A DNA stretch of 64,000 bases, taken from assembly GCA_028826165.1 (NCBI GenBank), contig JAPDFW010000098.1, forward strand, positions 113,173 through 177,172, written 5' to 3'. The position numbers were made by a program, and so were the translations under genes. The notes under the pieces are model-generated. The model did not search any database, was not told the origin of the DNA, and worked only from the letters and a program-made list of their open reading frames with translations. Position 1 is the stretch's first letter, and every line of letters begins with the position of its first letter. The stretch is from Anaeramoeba ignava BMAN. Taxonomy: Eukaryota > Protista > Anaeramoebae. Positions 23,677 to 35,493 of the stretch are shown piece after piece.

Positions 23677-25455
23677 ATGAATGATTGTTTATTTTTTGGA
23701 AGAAATCAAAATCCAATTCTTATCAAAAATGAACCAAATTCAATGAAAAACCCAATTCAATTTAAATTTGAAAATGAAAATGAAAATGAAAAACAAATTA
23801 AACAAATTTCATCAGGAAGTTTTTCAACAATTTTCCTTTTTGAAAATGGAAAAGCAATAGAATATTTAAATGAAAATGATTCAAATCAAAATCCTGAAAA
23901 AATCCAAATTGAAGAAAATATTCAAAAAGTAACTGTTGGTTATCAAAACGAAGCTATTTTAACAATAGAAGGAAATGTATTTGCCAAAGGAAAAGATATT
24001 AATCCAAATAATCTAAAAGAATTTATCAATATTTCATTATTAATTGAAGATAAAAATGATAGAATAATTCAAGATATTGTTTCTGGAAGATTTTCAATTT
24101 ACTTATTAACTTTAAATCAAAATGCTTATGGAATTGGTTCAAATGAATATGGTCAACTTGGTTTAGATTCTAAAACACTTCCAAAAACAGAAAAACCAAT
24201 TTTAATGATGAAAAATGTTTCTAAAATATTTTCAGGAAATTCTTCATATCATGTTTTTCTTTTAAATTCAAATCAAGAATTATTTGGATGTGGTGCTAAT
24301 AGAGATGGTCAACTTGGATTAGGAAAATCAAGAAAAAGAGAAACAGAAATCCAAAAATTAACCAAAATCCAAAATATTCCAAAAGGTAAAACAATTGATA
24401 TTCAATGTGGAGATTCTCATTCAATAATGTTGATTGAAAATCAAAATCAAAATCAAAATCCAAAAAGAAAACTTTATTCATGTGGATATTGGATATATAA
24501 TGGACTTGGCAAAAGATTTGGAGAAGATACTTATGAATTTACTGAAATCAAATCATCTTTATTTGAAAATGATGATATTATTCTTGAAATTTCTGTTGGA
24601 AATGCTCATAGTTTGATTTTAACTTCTAATTCAAAATTAATTGGATTTGGATATAATTCATATGGTCAATTAGGAATTGGAGATATATATTTTTTTCGAT
24701 TAATTCCAATTCAAATTGAACTTCCTAAATTAAGATTTAATGAAAATATTTTCAATTATCATATTTCTTGTGGAGATTACAAATCATTTCTTTATTATTC
24801 TCCTTTTTCTTTTTCCAATCTTGAAGAAGATTTGATAAAATTATTTAGAAGAAAAGAATTTTGCAATATTTCATTTAAAACCAAAAATGGAGAAATAATT
24901 GAAGCTCATAAATTAATATTGAAATATAGATTAAATCAAAATCAAAATGAAATTGAAAAACTTCAAGAAATTATTTCAAAAAAATCAATTAAAGAATCAA
25001 ATCAAATATTTGAAATGATTTATTCAAATAATTCCATAATAAATCTAAAATTATATTCTGAAATTAAAGAAATTATAAATTCTAATGAAAAAATTGAAGA
25101 AACAATTAAAAGAATTTATTTAAATGAAAATGAAAAAGATTTTATAATTGAAAGAAAAGAAAAAGAATATAAATTTCCTAAATTAATATTAATAATGAGA
25201 AGTGAATTATATCGAGGAATGTTTTTATCTGTAACAGAAGATAAATCTAATAAAGTTACAGATTATAGTGAATTAAGTGATAAATCATTCCAAATATTTG
25301 AATATTGGATTTATTCAAATCAAATTAAAGATGAAATTCAAATTACACAAGAAATAATTGATGAAATTCAAATTGGAATTGATTATTTTCAATTAAATCA
25401 AACAAATCCAAATTTATTTGATTTATTAATTAATAAATTTAATAATCAAAATTAA
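23677..25455 (+). CDS. RCC1-repeat + BTB protein, paralog 3 (intact, 592 aa)
   Basis: Complete intronless ORF colinear with the other paralogs. Confidence 0.95.
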   Translation: MNDCLFFGRNQNPILIKNEPNSMKNPIQFKFENENENEKQIKQISSGSFSTIFLFENGKAIEYLNENDSNQNPEKIQIEENIQKVTVGYQNEAILTIEGNVFAKGKDINPNNLKEFINISLLIEDKNDRIIQDIVSGRFSIYLLTLNQNAYGIGSNEYGQLGLDSKTLPKTEKPILMMKNVSKIFSGNSSYHVFLLNSNQELFGCGANRDGQLGLGKSRKRETEIQKLTKIQNIPKGKTIDIQCGDSHSIMLIENQNQNQNPKRKLYSCGYWIYNGLGKRFGEDTYEFTEIKSSLFENDDIILEISVGNAHSLILTSNSKLIGFGYNSYGQLGIGDIYFFRLIPIQIELPKLRFNENIFNYHISCGDYKSFLYYSPFSFSNLEEDLIKLFRRKEFCNISFKTKNGEIIEAHKLILKYRLNQNQNEIEKLQEIISKKSIKESNQIFEMIYSNNSIINLKLYSEIKEIINSNEKIEETIKRIYLNENEKDFIIERKEKEYKFPKLILIMRSELYRGMFLSVTEDKSNKVTDYSELSDKSFQIFEYWIYSNQIKDEIQITQEIIDEIQIGIDYFQLNQTNPNLFDLLINKFNNQN

Positions 25456-25680
25456 AATTAAAATTAAAATTAAAATTAAAATCAAAATCAAAATTAAAAT
25501 TAAAATTAAAATTAAAATCAAAATCAAAATTAAAATTAAAATTAAAATTAAAATTAAAATTAAAATTAAAATTAAAATTAAAATTAAAATTAAAATTAAA
25601 ATTAAAATCAAAATTAAAATTAAAATCAAAATTAAAATTAAAATCAAAATCAAAATTAAAATTAAAATTAAAATTAAAAT
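25456..25680. repeat. (AAAATY)n microsatellite between tandem paralogs
   Basis: Nearly pure aaaatt/aaaatc repeats. Confidence 0.95.
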
Positions 25681-25715
25681 TCCAAAATCATTTTTTCATT
25701 TTTTTCTTTTCAAAA

Positions 25716-27518
25716 ATGAATGAAATTATATTTTTTGGTGAAAATCAATATCCAATTCTTATCAAAAATGAACCAAAAAAAATAACAAAACCAATTCAAT
25801 TTAAATTTGAAAATGAAAATGAAAATGAAAATGAAAAACAAATTAAACAAATTTCAACAGGTTATTATTCAACAATTTTCCTTTTTGAAAATGGAAAAGC
25901 AATAGAATATTTAAATTATTCAAATCAAAATGTTGAAAAAATCCAAATTGAAGAAAATATTCAAAAAGTAACTGTTGGTTATTTTAACGAAGCTATTTTA
26001 ACAATAGAAGGAAATGTATTTGCCAAAGGAAAAGATATCAATCCAAATAATCCAAATGAATTTATCAATATTTCATCATTAATTGAAGATAAAAAAGATA
26101 GAATAATTCAAGATATTGTTTCTGGACACAGTTCAATTTACTTATTAACTTCAAATCAAAATGTTTATGGAATTGGTTCAAATGAAGTTGGTCAACTTGG
26201 TTTTGATTCTGAAACACTTAAAATATCACAAAAACCAATTTTAATAATGAAAAATGTTTCTAAAATATTTTCAGGAAATTCTTCAACTTGTGTTTTTCTT
26301 TTAAATTCAAATCAAGAATTATTTGGATGCGGATTAAATATATATAGTCAACTTGGATTAGGAGAATCAAGAGAAGAAACAAGAATTGAAAAATTAACCA
26401 AAATCCAAAATATTCCAAAAGGTAAAATAATTGATATTCAATGTGGAGATTCTCATTCAATAATGTTGATTCAAAATGAAGATGAAAATCAAAATCAAAA
26501 TACAAAAAGAAAACTTTATTCATGTGGAAATTATCAATATAATGGACTTGGCAAAAGATTTGGAGAAAATACTTATGAATTTACTGAAATCAAATCATCT
26601 TTATTTGAAAATGATGATGATAATATTCTTGATTTTTCTGTTGGAAATGCTCATACTTTGATTTTAACTTCTAATTCAAAATTAATTGGATTTGGACATA
26701 ATGATGATGGTCAATTAGGAACTGGAAATACATATTGGTATCAATTAATTCCAATTCAAATTGAACTTCCTAAATTAAGATTTAATGAAAATATTTCCAA
26801 TTATCATATTTCTTGTGGTGATGACAAATCATTTATTTATTATTCTCTTTCTTCTTTTTCCAATCTTGAAGAAGATTTGATAAAATTATTTAGAAGAAAA
26901 GAATTTTGCAATATTTCATTTAAAACCGAAAATGGAGAAATAATTGAAGCTCATAAATTAATATTAAAATATAGATTAAATCAAAATCAAAATCAAAATC
27001 AAATTGAAAAACTTCAAGAAATTATTTCAAATAAATCAATTAAAGAATCAAATCAAATATTTGAAATGATTTATTCAAACAATTCCAAAATAAATCCAAA
27101 ACTATATTTTGAAATTAAAGAAATTATAAATTTAAATGAAAAAATTGAAGAAACAATTAAAAGAATTTATTTAAATGAAAATGAAAAAGATTTTATAATT
27201 GAAAGAAAAGAAAAACAATATAAATTTCCAAAATTAATATTAATAATGAGAAGTGAATTATATCGAGGAATGTTTTTATCTGTAACTGAAGATAAATCTA
27301 ATAAAGTTACAGATTATAGTGAATTAAGTAATGAATCATTTCAAATATTAGAATATTGGATTTATTCAAATCAAATTAAAGATGAAATTCAAATTACACA
27401 AGAAATTATTGATGAAATTCAAATTGGAATTGATTATTTTCAATTAAATCAAACAAATCCAAATTTATTTGATTTATTAATTAAAAAATTTAATAATCAA
27501 AATCAAAATTTAAATTAA
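25716..27518 (+). CDS. RCC1-repeat + BTB protein, paralog 4 (intact, 600 aa)
   Basis: Complete intronless ORF colinear with the other paralogs. Confidence 0.95.
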   Translation: MNEIIFFGENQYPILIKNEPKKITKPIQFKFENENENENEKQIKQISTGYYSTIFLFENGKAIEYLNYSNQNVEKIQIEENIQKVTVGYFNEAILTIEGNVFAKGKDINPNNPNEFINISSLIEDKKDRIIQDIVSGHSSIYLLTSNQNVYGIGSNEVGQLGFDSETLKISQKPILIMKNVSKIFSGNSSTCVFLLNSNQELFGCGLNIYSQLGLGESREETRIEKLTKIQNIPKGKIIDIQCGDSHSIMLIQNEDENQNQNTKRKLYSCGNYQYNGLGKRFGENTYEFTEIKSSLFENDDDNILDFSVGNAHTLILTSNSKLIGFGHNDDGQLGTGNTYWYQLIPIQIELPKLRFNENISNYHISCGDDKSFIYYSLSSFSNLEEDLIKLFRRKEFCNISFKTENGEIIEAHKLILKYRLNQNQNQNQIEKLQEIISNKSIKESNQIFEMIYSNNSKINPKLYFEIKEIINLNEKIEETIKRIYLNENEKDFIIERKEKQYKFPKLILIMRSELYRGMFLSVTEDKSNKVTDYSELSNESFQILEYWIYSNQIKDEIQITQEIIDEIQIGIDYFQLNQTNPNLFDLLIKKFNNQNQNLN

Positions 27519-27728
27519 AATCAAAATTAAAATCAAAATCAAAATTAAAATTATAATTAAAATTAAAATTAAAAATTTAAATTCTTTTTCAACTCTTCAT
27601 TTTTAAATTGGATTTTCTTTTTTTCTTTTTTTTTTAACAATTTAAAAACCTTAAAAAAAAATAAACAAAAATCAAATCTTTTTTCTAAATTTGATTTTCT
27701 TGATTTGTTCATTTTTTTTTCTTTTGTT

Positions 27729-29181
27729 TTAACAACAATTAGATTTAGAATTAGAATTAGAATTAGAATTAGATTTAGAATTAGATTTAGATTTAGATTT
27801 AAATTTAGAAGATTTTGGATCACAAAGATTTAAAGGAATTTTATGGATTGCATTATCAAAATTTTGAACAATAACGTTAGTTAAAGAAGCACCAGATTCT
27901 TGAATTTTAATTTGATTTTTTGCAGAAATTGAAAAATAAGCTAAAAAATCATTTTTTTGAGCGTATTCTTGAAGATCTACAAGGACTTTGTTCTTTAAAT
28001 CGCATTTATTTCCTAGTAAAACTGCTGGTATTTTTTCTCCGTTTAATTGAGTTTTTTCATCTAATTCATTTTTCCAAAATTTAACATTTTCGAATGTTTT
28101 TCTTTTGTTAACATCGAAAACAACAAATGCTCCTGATGCTCCTCTATAAAATTGTGAAGTAACTGATCTAAAATTTGGATTACCTGCAATATCTACAATT
28201 TTAATTTTAATATTAATTTTAATTTTAATTTTGATTTTAATTTAATTTTAAATTATAATTTAAATTTGATTTTTAATTTTAATTTTAATTTTGATTTTAA
28301 TTTTAATTTTAATTTTAATTTAAATTTTGATTTTGATTTTAATTTTAATTTTAATTTGAATTTTAATTTTAATTTAAATTTTGATTTTGATTTTAATTTT
28401 AATTTTAATTTGAATTTTAATTTTAATATTGATTTTGATTTTAATTTTAATATTAATTTTAATATTAATTTTAAATTTTGATTTTAATTTTAATTATAAT
28501 TTTAATTTTAATTTTAATTTTAATTTTGATTTTAAATTAATTTTAATTTTAATTTTGATTTTAATTTTGATTTTAATTTTAATTTTAATTTTAATTTTTA
28601 ATTTTAATTTTAATTTGATTTTTAATTTTAATTTTAATTTTAATATTGATTTTTAATATTAATTTTGATTTTTAATTTTGATTTTAATTTTGATTTTAAT
28701 TTTTGATTTTAATTTTAAATTAATTTTTGATTTTTAATTTTAATTTTAATTTTGATTTTAATTTTAATATTAATTTTGATTTTAATTTTAAATTAATTTT
28801 GATTTTAAATTGATTTTGATTTTAAATTGAATGTTATTTTTATTTTGTGGAATTTTTGATCTTTTATTTAATTTGAGAAATTTTTAAATAGATCTCTTTT
28901 ATAAATTTATTCTTAAAACAATTAAAAAATAAAAATAAAAATTTCTTATTTTTTTTTTGACTTTTTTTTTTTTCTTAATAATATTTTAATTTCTAAAAAA
29001 AAATACCCCAATATTGAATTTGAATTGTATTTTCATTAATTTGTGTTGTTTTCATTCTAAAATCAACACCAATAGTATTTTTTTCATGAATATCAAATTT
29101 TTCTCCAGTTAATCTTTTTACAAAACTTGTTTTTCCAACTCCTGGATCTCCAATAACGATTACTTTATAAAGAAATTCCAT
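27729..29181 (-). CDS. Rab GTPase, Rab32/38/29-like, two exons
   Basis: GDPGVGKTS, TIGVDF, W|DIAGNPNF, FYRGASGAFVVFDV, WKNELDEK, LLGNKCDL, SAK, terminal CC. Intron 28193-29006 (phase 1). Confidence 0.88.
28193..28830. repeat. Intronic (TTTRAT)n microsatellite
   Basis: tttaat/tttgat repeats fill most of the Rab intron. Confidence 0.9.
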
Positions 29182-29361
29182 TTTAAAATTTTAAAATTAA
29201 AATTTTTTAATTAAAATTTTTTAATTAAAATTTTTTAATTAAAATTTTTGTTCTTCTTTTTATTTAAAAAAAAAAATTAAAAAAGAAAAAAAATGAAAAA
29301 AAAATATAAAATAAATTTATTTAAACAAAAAAAATAAATAAGAAATTTTTTTTCCCTTTTT

Positions 29362-31116
29362 TTAATTCGAAAAAATAGATAATAAATCAGAACTTAAAAA
29401 AGAAAAATACAATTTGGATTGAATCTCAAATGTTTGCATATCTTGATTGGGTTGATTTTGAATTAAAGGTTTAATTGAGGAATTTTTGAAATCAATCAAT
29501 TTTTTTTTTGGAAATTTAATTTTTTCAAAAATAGAATTTGAATCAATATCATAAATTTCTATTAAGTTTTTATTTTGTTCTGAAATGGCAACTAATCGAC
29601 GATTATTCTTTAAAAAGATATGAGAACTTAAAACTGTAGAATTTTGATCGAGTTTTTTCATCCAAATATTTGAATTTTGCTGATAATTTTCATTCAGATC
29701 AAAAACTTGGAGTTGAGTTGAATTTTGAAAGTGAATTGTAGTTAAAAAAAGAGAAGAATTGGGAAGTGCCTTTATATTTGAGCACTCACCAGTTAATGGA
29801 AGAAGAATATTTTCGAATTGAAGATCTGGCTTTTTTCTAGAAAACAATAAACCTAATTTTGTTCCGATTAAAATTCCTTGATTTTCTTCATTTTGTTCTT
29901 GATTTAAGGAAATGCAAGAAAGAGAATGAACCGGCGAATTAAACCCTGTATGAATTGTAGTTAAAGGTTTTGCGAGGTTTCTGGTATCGAAGAGACTCAC
30001 ATCTCCATTTTCTTTTCCGCAATAAAAAACTGTCGAATTTGGATCGAAACAACATGAAAAAATTTTTTCATCACTTTCAAATCCAAAAATTTGTTGATTT
30101 GATTTTGCGCTTGTTAATTTAATCCATTTGTCTTGGGAAACAGTAAGAACGAGTTCGTTTTTGCATTTTAAATCCTCAATTTTGCAACTGTGAAGAGGAA
30201 TAAAGCGAATACTTTCAAGATTTTCTTGATCAATTTGAACAATTCCAAAATTTTGAAATCGTTGTTGAGCCACAAAGAAGGAATTATTGTATGAACAAAA
30301 GTCATGGATATTGGAAGATAATATTGTGCGTGAATCGATAAAGTTGAAATTATTGAAAAACGCATATGGATTTTTAGTTGGAGATTTGAGGTCATGAATG
30401 CATAAAAAATTTCTCTGGAAATTTTGGCTTGGTTGTTGGCTGCTCCGAATATTCCAAGGAGAAGCTGTGCAGAGCATGTTTGTGTTGTTGTTATTTCCTG
30501 CAAAAGATATATTTGATTTTAAATTGTTTAATGGCTTCAATATCCATTTTGATGGAGAATTAAATTTTTGGAAAATTCCGTTATTTTTTTCAAATTTTTT
30601 ATTTTTTCTATAATTTTCTAAAAATGAATCCAATTCTTTTTCCTTGTTTTCCAAATTGAGTTTTTCTTTTGTCAATTTTTCAATATTATTTTCCAGCTCC
30701 TTAATTTTAAGATCAAGATCCTTTAATTCATTTTGGAAATCAAGTTTAATTTTCTGATTTTTTTGGAAAATATTTTTATCGAAAGAGAAAGTTTGATTTG
30801 GATAAATTTTCCAAATTTCTCTTTGATTTGCTCTTTTATTGCACATGGGACATTTTTTTCTTCTGCTTGGACATTTCTGGAGATATTCTTTAATACATTT
30901 TCTGCCAAAAGAATGCCCACAACTCAAAGAACATAGTTCATGTTCACCTTTCATTGTGCAAACTTGAGAACATAAAGAACAATAAAAAGCGTTTTTTTGT
31001 TTTTGAGTTTGTGATAATGTTTGTTTATCAATTTCAATAACATTTTGATTTGAATCTTCAATAAGATCTTGGTCCATTTCTTTTTTACGTTTTTTATTAT
31101 TTTTTTTTGATTTCAT
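29362..31116 (-). CDS. RFWD3: RING finger - coiled coil - WD40 E3 ligase, RFWD3-like
   Basis: CSLC...GEHELCSLSCGHSFGRKCI...KCPMCNKRA...IWKIY fits the RFWD3 RING signature; followed by a coiled coil and WD40 (IPLH..KIEDL, SCCFD, VSLFDTR). Confidence 0.85.
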   Translation of the reverse strand: MKSKKNNKKRKKEMDQDLIEDSNQNVIEIDKQTLSQTQKQKNAFYCSLCSQVCTMKGEHELCSLSCGHSFGRKCIKEYLQKCPSRRKKCPMCNKRANQREIWKIYPNQTFSFDKNIFQKNQKIKLDFQNELKDLDLKIKELENNIEKLTKEKLNLENKEKELDSFLENYRKNKKFEKNNGIFQKFNSPSKWILKPLNNLKSNISFAGNNNNTNMLCTASPWNIRSSQQPSQNFQRNFLCIHDLKSPTKNPYAFFNNFNFIDSRTILSSNIHDFCSYNNSFFVAQQRFQNFGIVQIDQENLESIRFIPLHSCKIEDLKCKNELVLTVSQDKWIKLTSAKSNQQIFGFESDEKIFSCCFDPNSTVFYCGKENGDVSLFDTRNLAKPLTTIHTGFNSPVHSLSCISLNQEQNEENQGILIGTKLGLLFSRKKPDLQFENILLPLTGECSNIKALPNSSLFLTTIHFQNSTQLQVFDLNENYQQNSNIWMKKLDQNSTVLSSHIFLKNNRRLVAISEQNKNLIEIYDIDSNSIFEKIKFPKKKLIDFKNSSIKPLIQNQPNQDMQTFEIQSKLYFSFLSSDLLSIFSN

Positions 31117-31184
31117 ATTTACAAAAATAAAAGAAAAATAAAAGAAAAAGAAAAAAATGAATTTTAATTTTGGATTTTAATTTT

Positions 31185-31862
31185 GATTTAAAAAAGGAAA
31201 AATCGGACATTTCTCAATTTAATTTTAATTTTGGATTTTATTTTAAAAAGAAAAAATCGGATATTTCTCATTTTAATTTTAATTTTAATTTTGGATTTTG
31301 ATTTAAAAAAGGAAAAATCGGACATTTTTTAATTTTAATTTTTATTTTTATTTTTGATTTAAAAAAGAAAAAATCGGATATTTCTTATTTTTATTTTTAA
31401 TTTTAATTTAAAAAAGAAAAAATCGGATATTTCTCAATTTAATTTATTTTAATTTTGATTTAAAAAAGGAAAAATCGGATATTTCTCAATTTAATTTTAA
31501 TTTTAATTTTGGATTTTGATTTAAAAAAGGAAAAATCGGATATTTCTCATTTTAATTTTAATTTAAAAAAGAAAAAATCGGACATTTTTTAATTTAATTT
31601 TATTTTTAATTTTAATTTAAAAAAGGAAAAATTGGATATTTCTCAATTTAATTTTAATTTTGGATTTTAATTTAAAAAAGGAAAAATCGGATATTTCTCA
31701 TTTTTATTTTTAATTTTGGATTTTATTTTAAAAAAGGAAAAATTGGATATTTCTTATTTTATTTTAATTTTAATTTTAATTTAAAAAAGAAAAAATCGGA
31801 TATTTCTTATTTTAATTTTAATTTTAGTTTTAAAAAGAAAAAATCGGATATTTCTCAATTTA
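31185..31862. repeat. Array of ~13 copies of AAAAAG(G/A)AAAAATCGGATATTTCT separated by variable TTTAAT-like spacers
   Basis: Motif recurs about every 40-60 bp from ~31193 to ~31850. Confidence 0.9.
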
Positions 31863-31948
31863 ATTTTTGATTTGATTTTATTTTTATTTTAATTTTATTT
31901 TGATTTTATTTTTGATTTGAATTTGAATTTGAAAAAGAAAAATTTTGA

Positions 31949-34233
31949 TTAAAAATCTGCTTTTAATTTTTTTGGTGATTCTTGATTCCTTTTAACAATT
32001 CTTGATACTATAACAGTTATAAATCCTATTCCAATTAAAATTATTAAACCTCCTAATTCAGCATTAAAGCAATCCATATGTAAAAATTTGCAATCATCAT
32101 TTTCATAAGTAATTCCTTTTCCTGATTCACAAGCAGTTGGACAAACAATACAATCACAATTATCTTCACAATTTTGTATTTGATCCATTGGACAAAATGC
32201 ATTTGGATCATCATCATCTTTTATATATATATATATTTTTTGAAAAAGAAAAAAAGTGTCAAAAAAATTTCCCAAAAAGAAAAAAAATTTTTTTTTTACC
32301 ATCAGTATAAACAAATAAAACTTCATTAGGAATTGCTTGTTGTCCTTGTGTTATCCAAAATGCTTCGTATGTTGGCCACATTGATTGAACAAAATGAACC
32401 CATTTACATGAATCATAAACTGCTTTTGCCCAATCTCGGCAAACTGTAAAATTTGGTAAAATTAATGGTTCTCCATCTACTTGATTTTGAGTTGTAATAT
32501 AATTTCCTAATTTAAAACAATTTTTTAATATTAAATATTAAATATTAAATTGAATATTGAATTAAATTAAATAGAATTGAATTGAATTGAATTGAATATT
32601 GAATTGAATTGAATATTGAATTGAATTGAATTGAATATTAAATATTAAATATTAAATTCAATATTGAATTGAATTGAATTAAATTGAATTGAATTGAATT
32701 GAATATTGAATTGAATTGAATTAAATTGAATTGAATTGAATATTGAATTGAATGAATTGAAATTGAATTGAAATTAAATTGAATTGAAATTGAATTGGAA
32801 TGAATATGAATATTGAATTGAATTGAATTGAATTGAATTGGAATTGAATATTAAATATTAAAATTGAATATTGAATTGAATTGAATTGAATTGAATTGGA
32901 ATTGAAATTGAATTGAATATTGGTGAAATTGAATTGGAATTGAATTAAATAGTATTAAATATTAAAATTGAAATTAAATAATAAAATTAAATATTGAATG
33001 AATTGAATATTGAATATTGAATATTGAATTGAATAAATATGAAATATTGAATATTGAATTAAATATTAAAATTAAATTGAATTGAATTAAATTAAATTAA
33101 ATATTAAAATATTGAATTGAAATATTGAATATTAAATATTAAAATTGAATAATCAAATATTAAATGAATTGAAATGAATTGGAGTGAAAATTGGAGTGAA
33201 AATATTGAATATTGAATTGAATTGAAATGAATTGAATTGAAATGAATTGAATTGAATATTGAATTGAATATTAAATATTGAATTGAATTGAATTGAATAT
33301 TGAATTGAATATTGAATTGAAATATGAATAAAAATATTGGAATTGAATATTGAATTGAATGGTGAATTGAATTGAATTGAATTAAATTGAATTGAATTAA
33401 ATTGGAATTGAATTGGTGGGAATGGAATAAATTGAAATATTGGAATTGAATTGAATTGAATTGAATATTAAATATTGAAAAATATTGAATATGAATTGAA
33501 TATTGAATATTGATTGAATTGAAATTGAAATGATTGAATGGAATTGAATTGAATTGAATTGAATTGAATTGAATTAAATTTAAATTAAAAATTAAATTAA
33601 AATTGAATTGAAATTGAATTGAATTGAATTAAATTGAATTAAATTGAATTGAGTTGAATATTGAATTGAATTAAATATTGAATTAAATTGAATTGAGTTG
33701 AATTAAATATTAAATTAAATTGAATTGAGTTGAATATTGAATTGAATTAAATTGAATTAAATATTGAATTGAATTGAATATTGAATATTAAATATTAAAT
33801 TGAATTAAATTGAATATTGAATTGAATTATTGAATATTTATTGATTTAAAAATTAAATTATTGAATATTGAATTAAATTAAATTGAGTTATTGAAAGTTA
33901 AATACCTTGTTCAGGAGAGCAAGTATATCCACACCAAGTGAAATATAAGTTATTAATACAAGCAGGACAAGAACCAAAAAAATTAACAGCAGTTTGGAAA
34001 TTATTTTTAAAGAAAGCTGCTTGAGAATCATTACAACAAGCTGTATGATTATATAAATCTTGATAAGGTTCACAAGCTAAACCAGTTAAATTGATATTAA
34101 TTGGAGGATGTTTCCATACAACTGGTGGATGACCTTGAAGTGCACAAATATCTTCTACTCCTAAAACCTTATTATTCTCATTTATAATTACTATTATTAT
34201 TAACGTAAATATTATTTTTGTATAATTTTTCAT
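31949..34233 (-). CDS. Stand-alone NPC1 N-terminal (sterol-binding) domain protein with signal peptide and one C-terminal TM
   Basis: ACCNDSQ...FGSCPACINNLYFTWCGYTCSPEQG|NYI...WAKAVYDSCKWV...CDCIVCPTAC follows the NPC1-NTD cysteine pattern. Introns 32507-33905 and 32218-32299 (both phase 1). TM LGGLIILIGIGFITVIV, short tail, stop. Confidence 0.85.
32525..33895. repeat. Intronic (TTGAA/TTGAATA)n satellite, ~1.4 kb
   Basis: Degenerate attga pentamer repeats fill the intron. Confidence 0.9.
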
Positions 34234-34419
34234 TTCTTTCTTATTTCTTATTTATTCTTTATTAAAAAATTTGAAAAGAAATTAAAAATTAAAAATTAAA
34301 AATCAAATTTTTATTTTTATTTTTTTTTTTAGATTAAATTTTTTGTCAATTTTATGATCTTTTTGTCTTATTAATTTTTTTTTTATTTATTTCTTTATTA
34401 AATTTTTTATTTAATTTTT

Positions 34420-35380
34420 CAATTAAATTTAATTAAGATTTATTTATAATTTTTTAATTAAGATTAATTTTATAATTTATTTATAATTTATTTATAATTT
34501 TTCAATTAAATTTAATTTATAATTTTTATCCGATTTATTTATAATTAATTTTATATTAAATTTATAATTTATTTCAATTAATTAAATTTAATTTATAATT
34601 TTTATCCGATTTTTTATATTAAATTTTAATTTATAATTTTTTATAATTTTTATATTAAATTTAATTTATAATTAATTTATAATTTTTATCCGATTTTTAT
34701 ATTAAATTTAATTTATAATTTTTATATAATTTTTATATTAAATTTAATTTATATTTAATTTACAATTTTTTATAATTTTTATTTAAATTTAATTATAATT
34801 TATTTATAATTTTTATCCGATTTTTATATTAAATTATAAGAAATTAAATTTAATTTATAATTTAAATTTATAATTTTTATCCGATTTTAAATTAAATTTA
34901 ATTTATAATTTATTTTATAATTTTTTATATTAAATTTAATTTATAATTTTTATAATTTTTATCCGATTTTTATATTAAATTTATATTTTTATTTAAATTT
35001 TTATTTATAATTTTTATATTAAATTTAATTTATAATTTATTTAATTAATTTAATTTTTATATTTTTATATATAATTTTTTATATTAAATTTTATTTATAA
35101 TTTTTATATATTTAATTTATAATTTTTTATCCGATTTTATATTAAATTTAATTTATAATTTTTAAATTTTTATATTAAATTTAATTTATAATTTTTTATA
35201 ATTTATAATTTTTATCCGATTTTTATATTAAATTTAATTTATAATTTTTATATAATTTATTTATAATTTTATATTAAATTTAATTTATAATTTATTTATA
35301 ATTTTTATCCGATTTTTATATTAAATTTTATATATAATTTTATATATAATTTTTATATAATTTTTATATTAAATTTAATT
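34420..35380. repeat. AT-only repeat array punctuated by ~9 copies of TATCCGATTT
   Basis: Motif at about 34527, 34604, 34687, 34814, 34878, 34960, 35128, 35213 and 35306. Confidence 0.85.
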
Positions 35381-35493
35381 GAAATTATTATTTCGAATTG
35401 TGTTTAATTCCTTTCATCAAATTTTGTTGAAAAAAAGAAAATTATTTAAAAAAAAAAATCTTTTTTTGAAAATTCCTTTTTTTGAAAAGTAAA

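Noticed and set aside
15577-27518. Diversity-generating retroelement behind the RCC1 variability
   Set aside because: No reverse transcriptase or template repeat in the window, and variation is spread over all blades rather than one C-terminal variable region.
31185-31862. CRISPR-like repeat-spacer appearance
   Set aside because: Spacers are variants of the same TTTAAT low-complexity sequence, repeats are degenerate, there are no cas genes and the context is eukaryotic.
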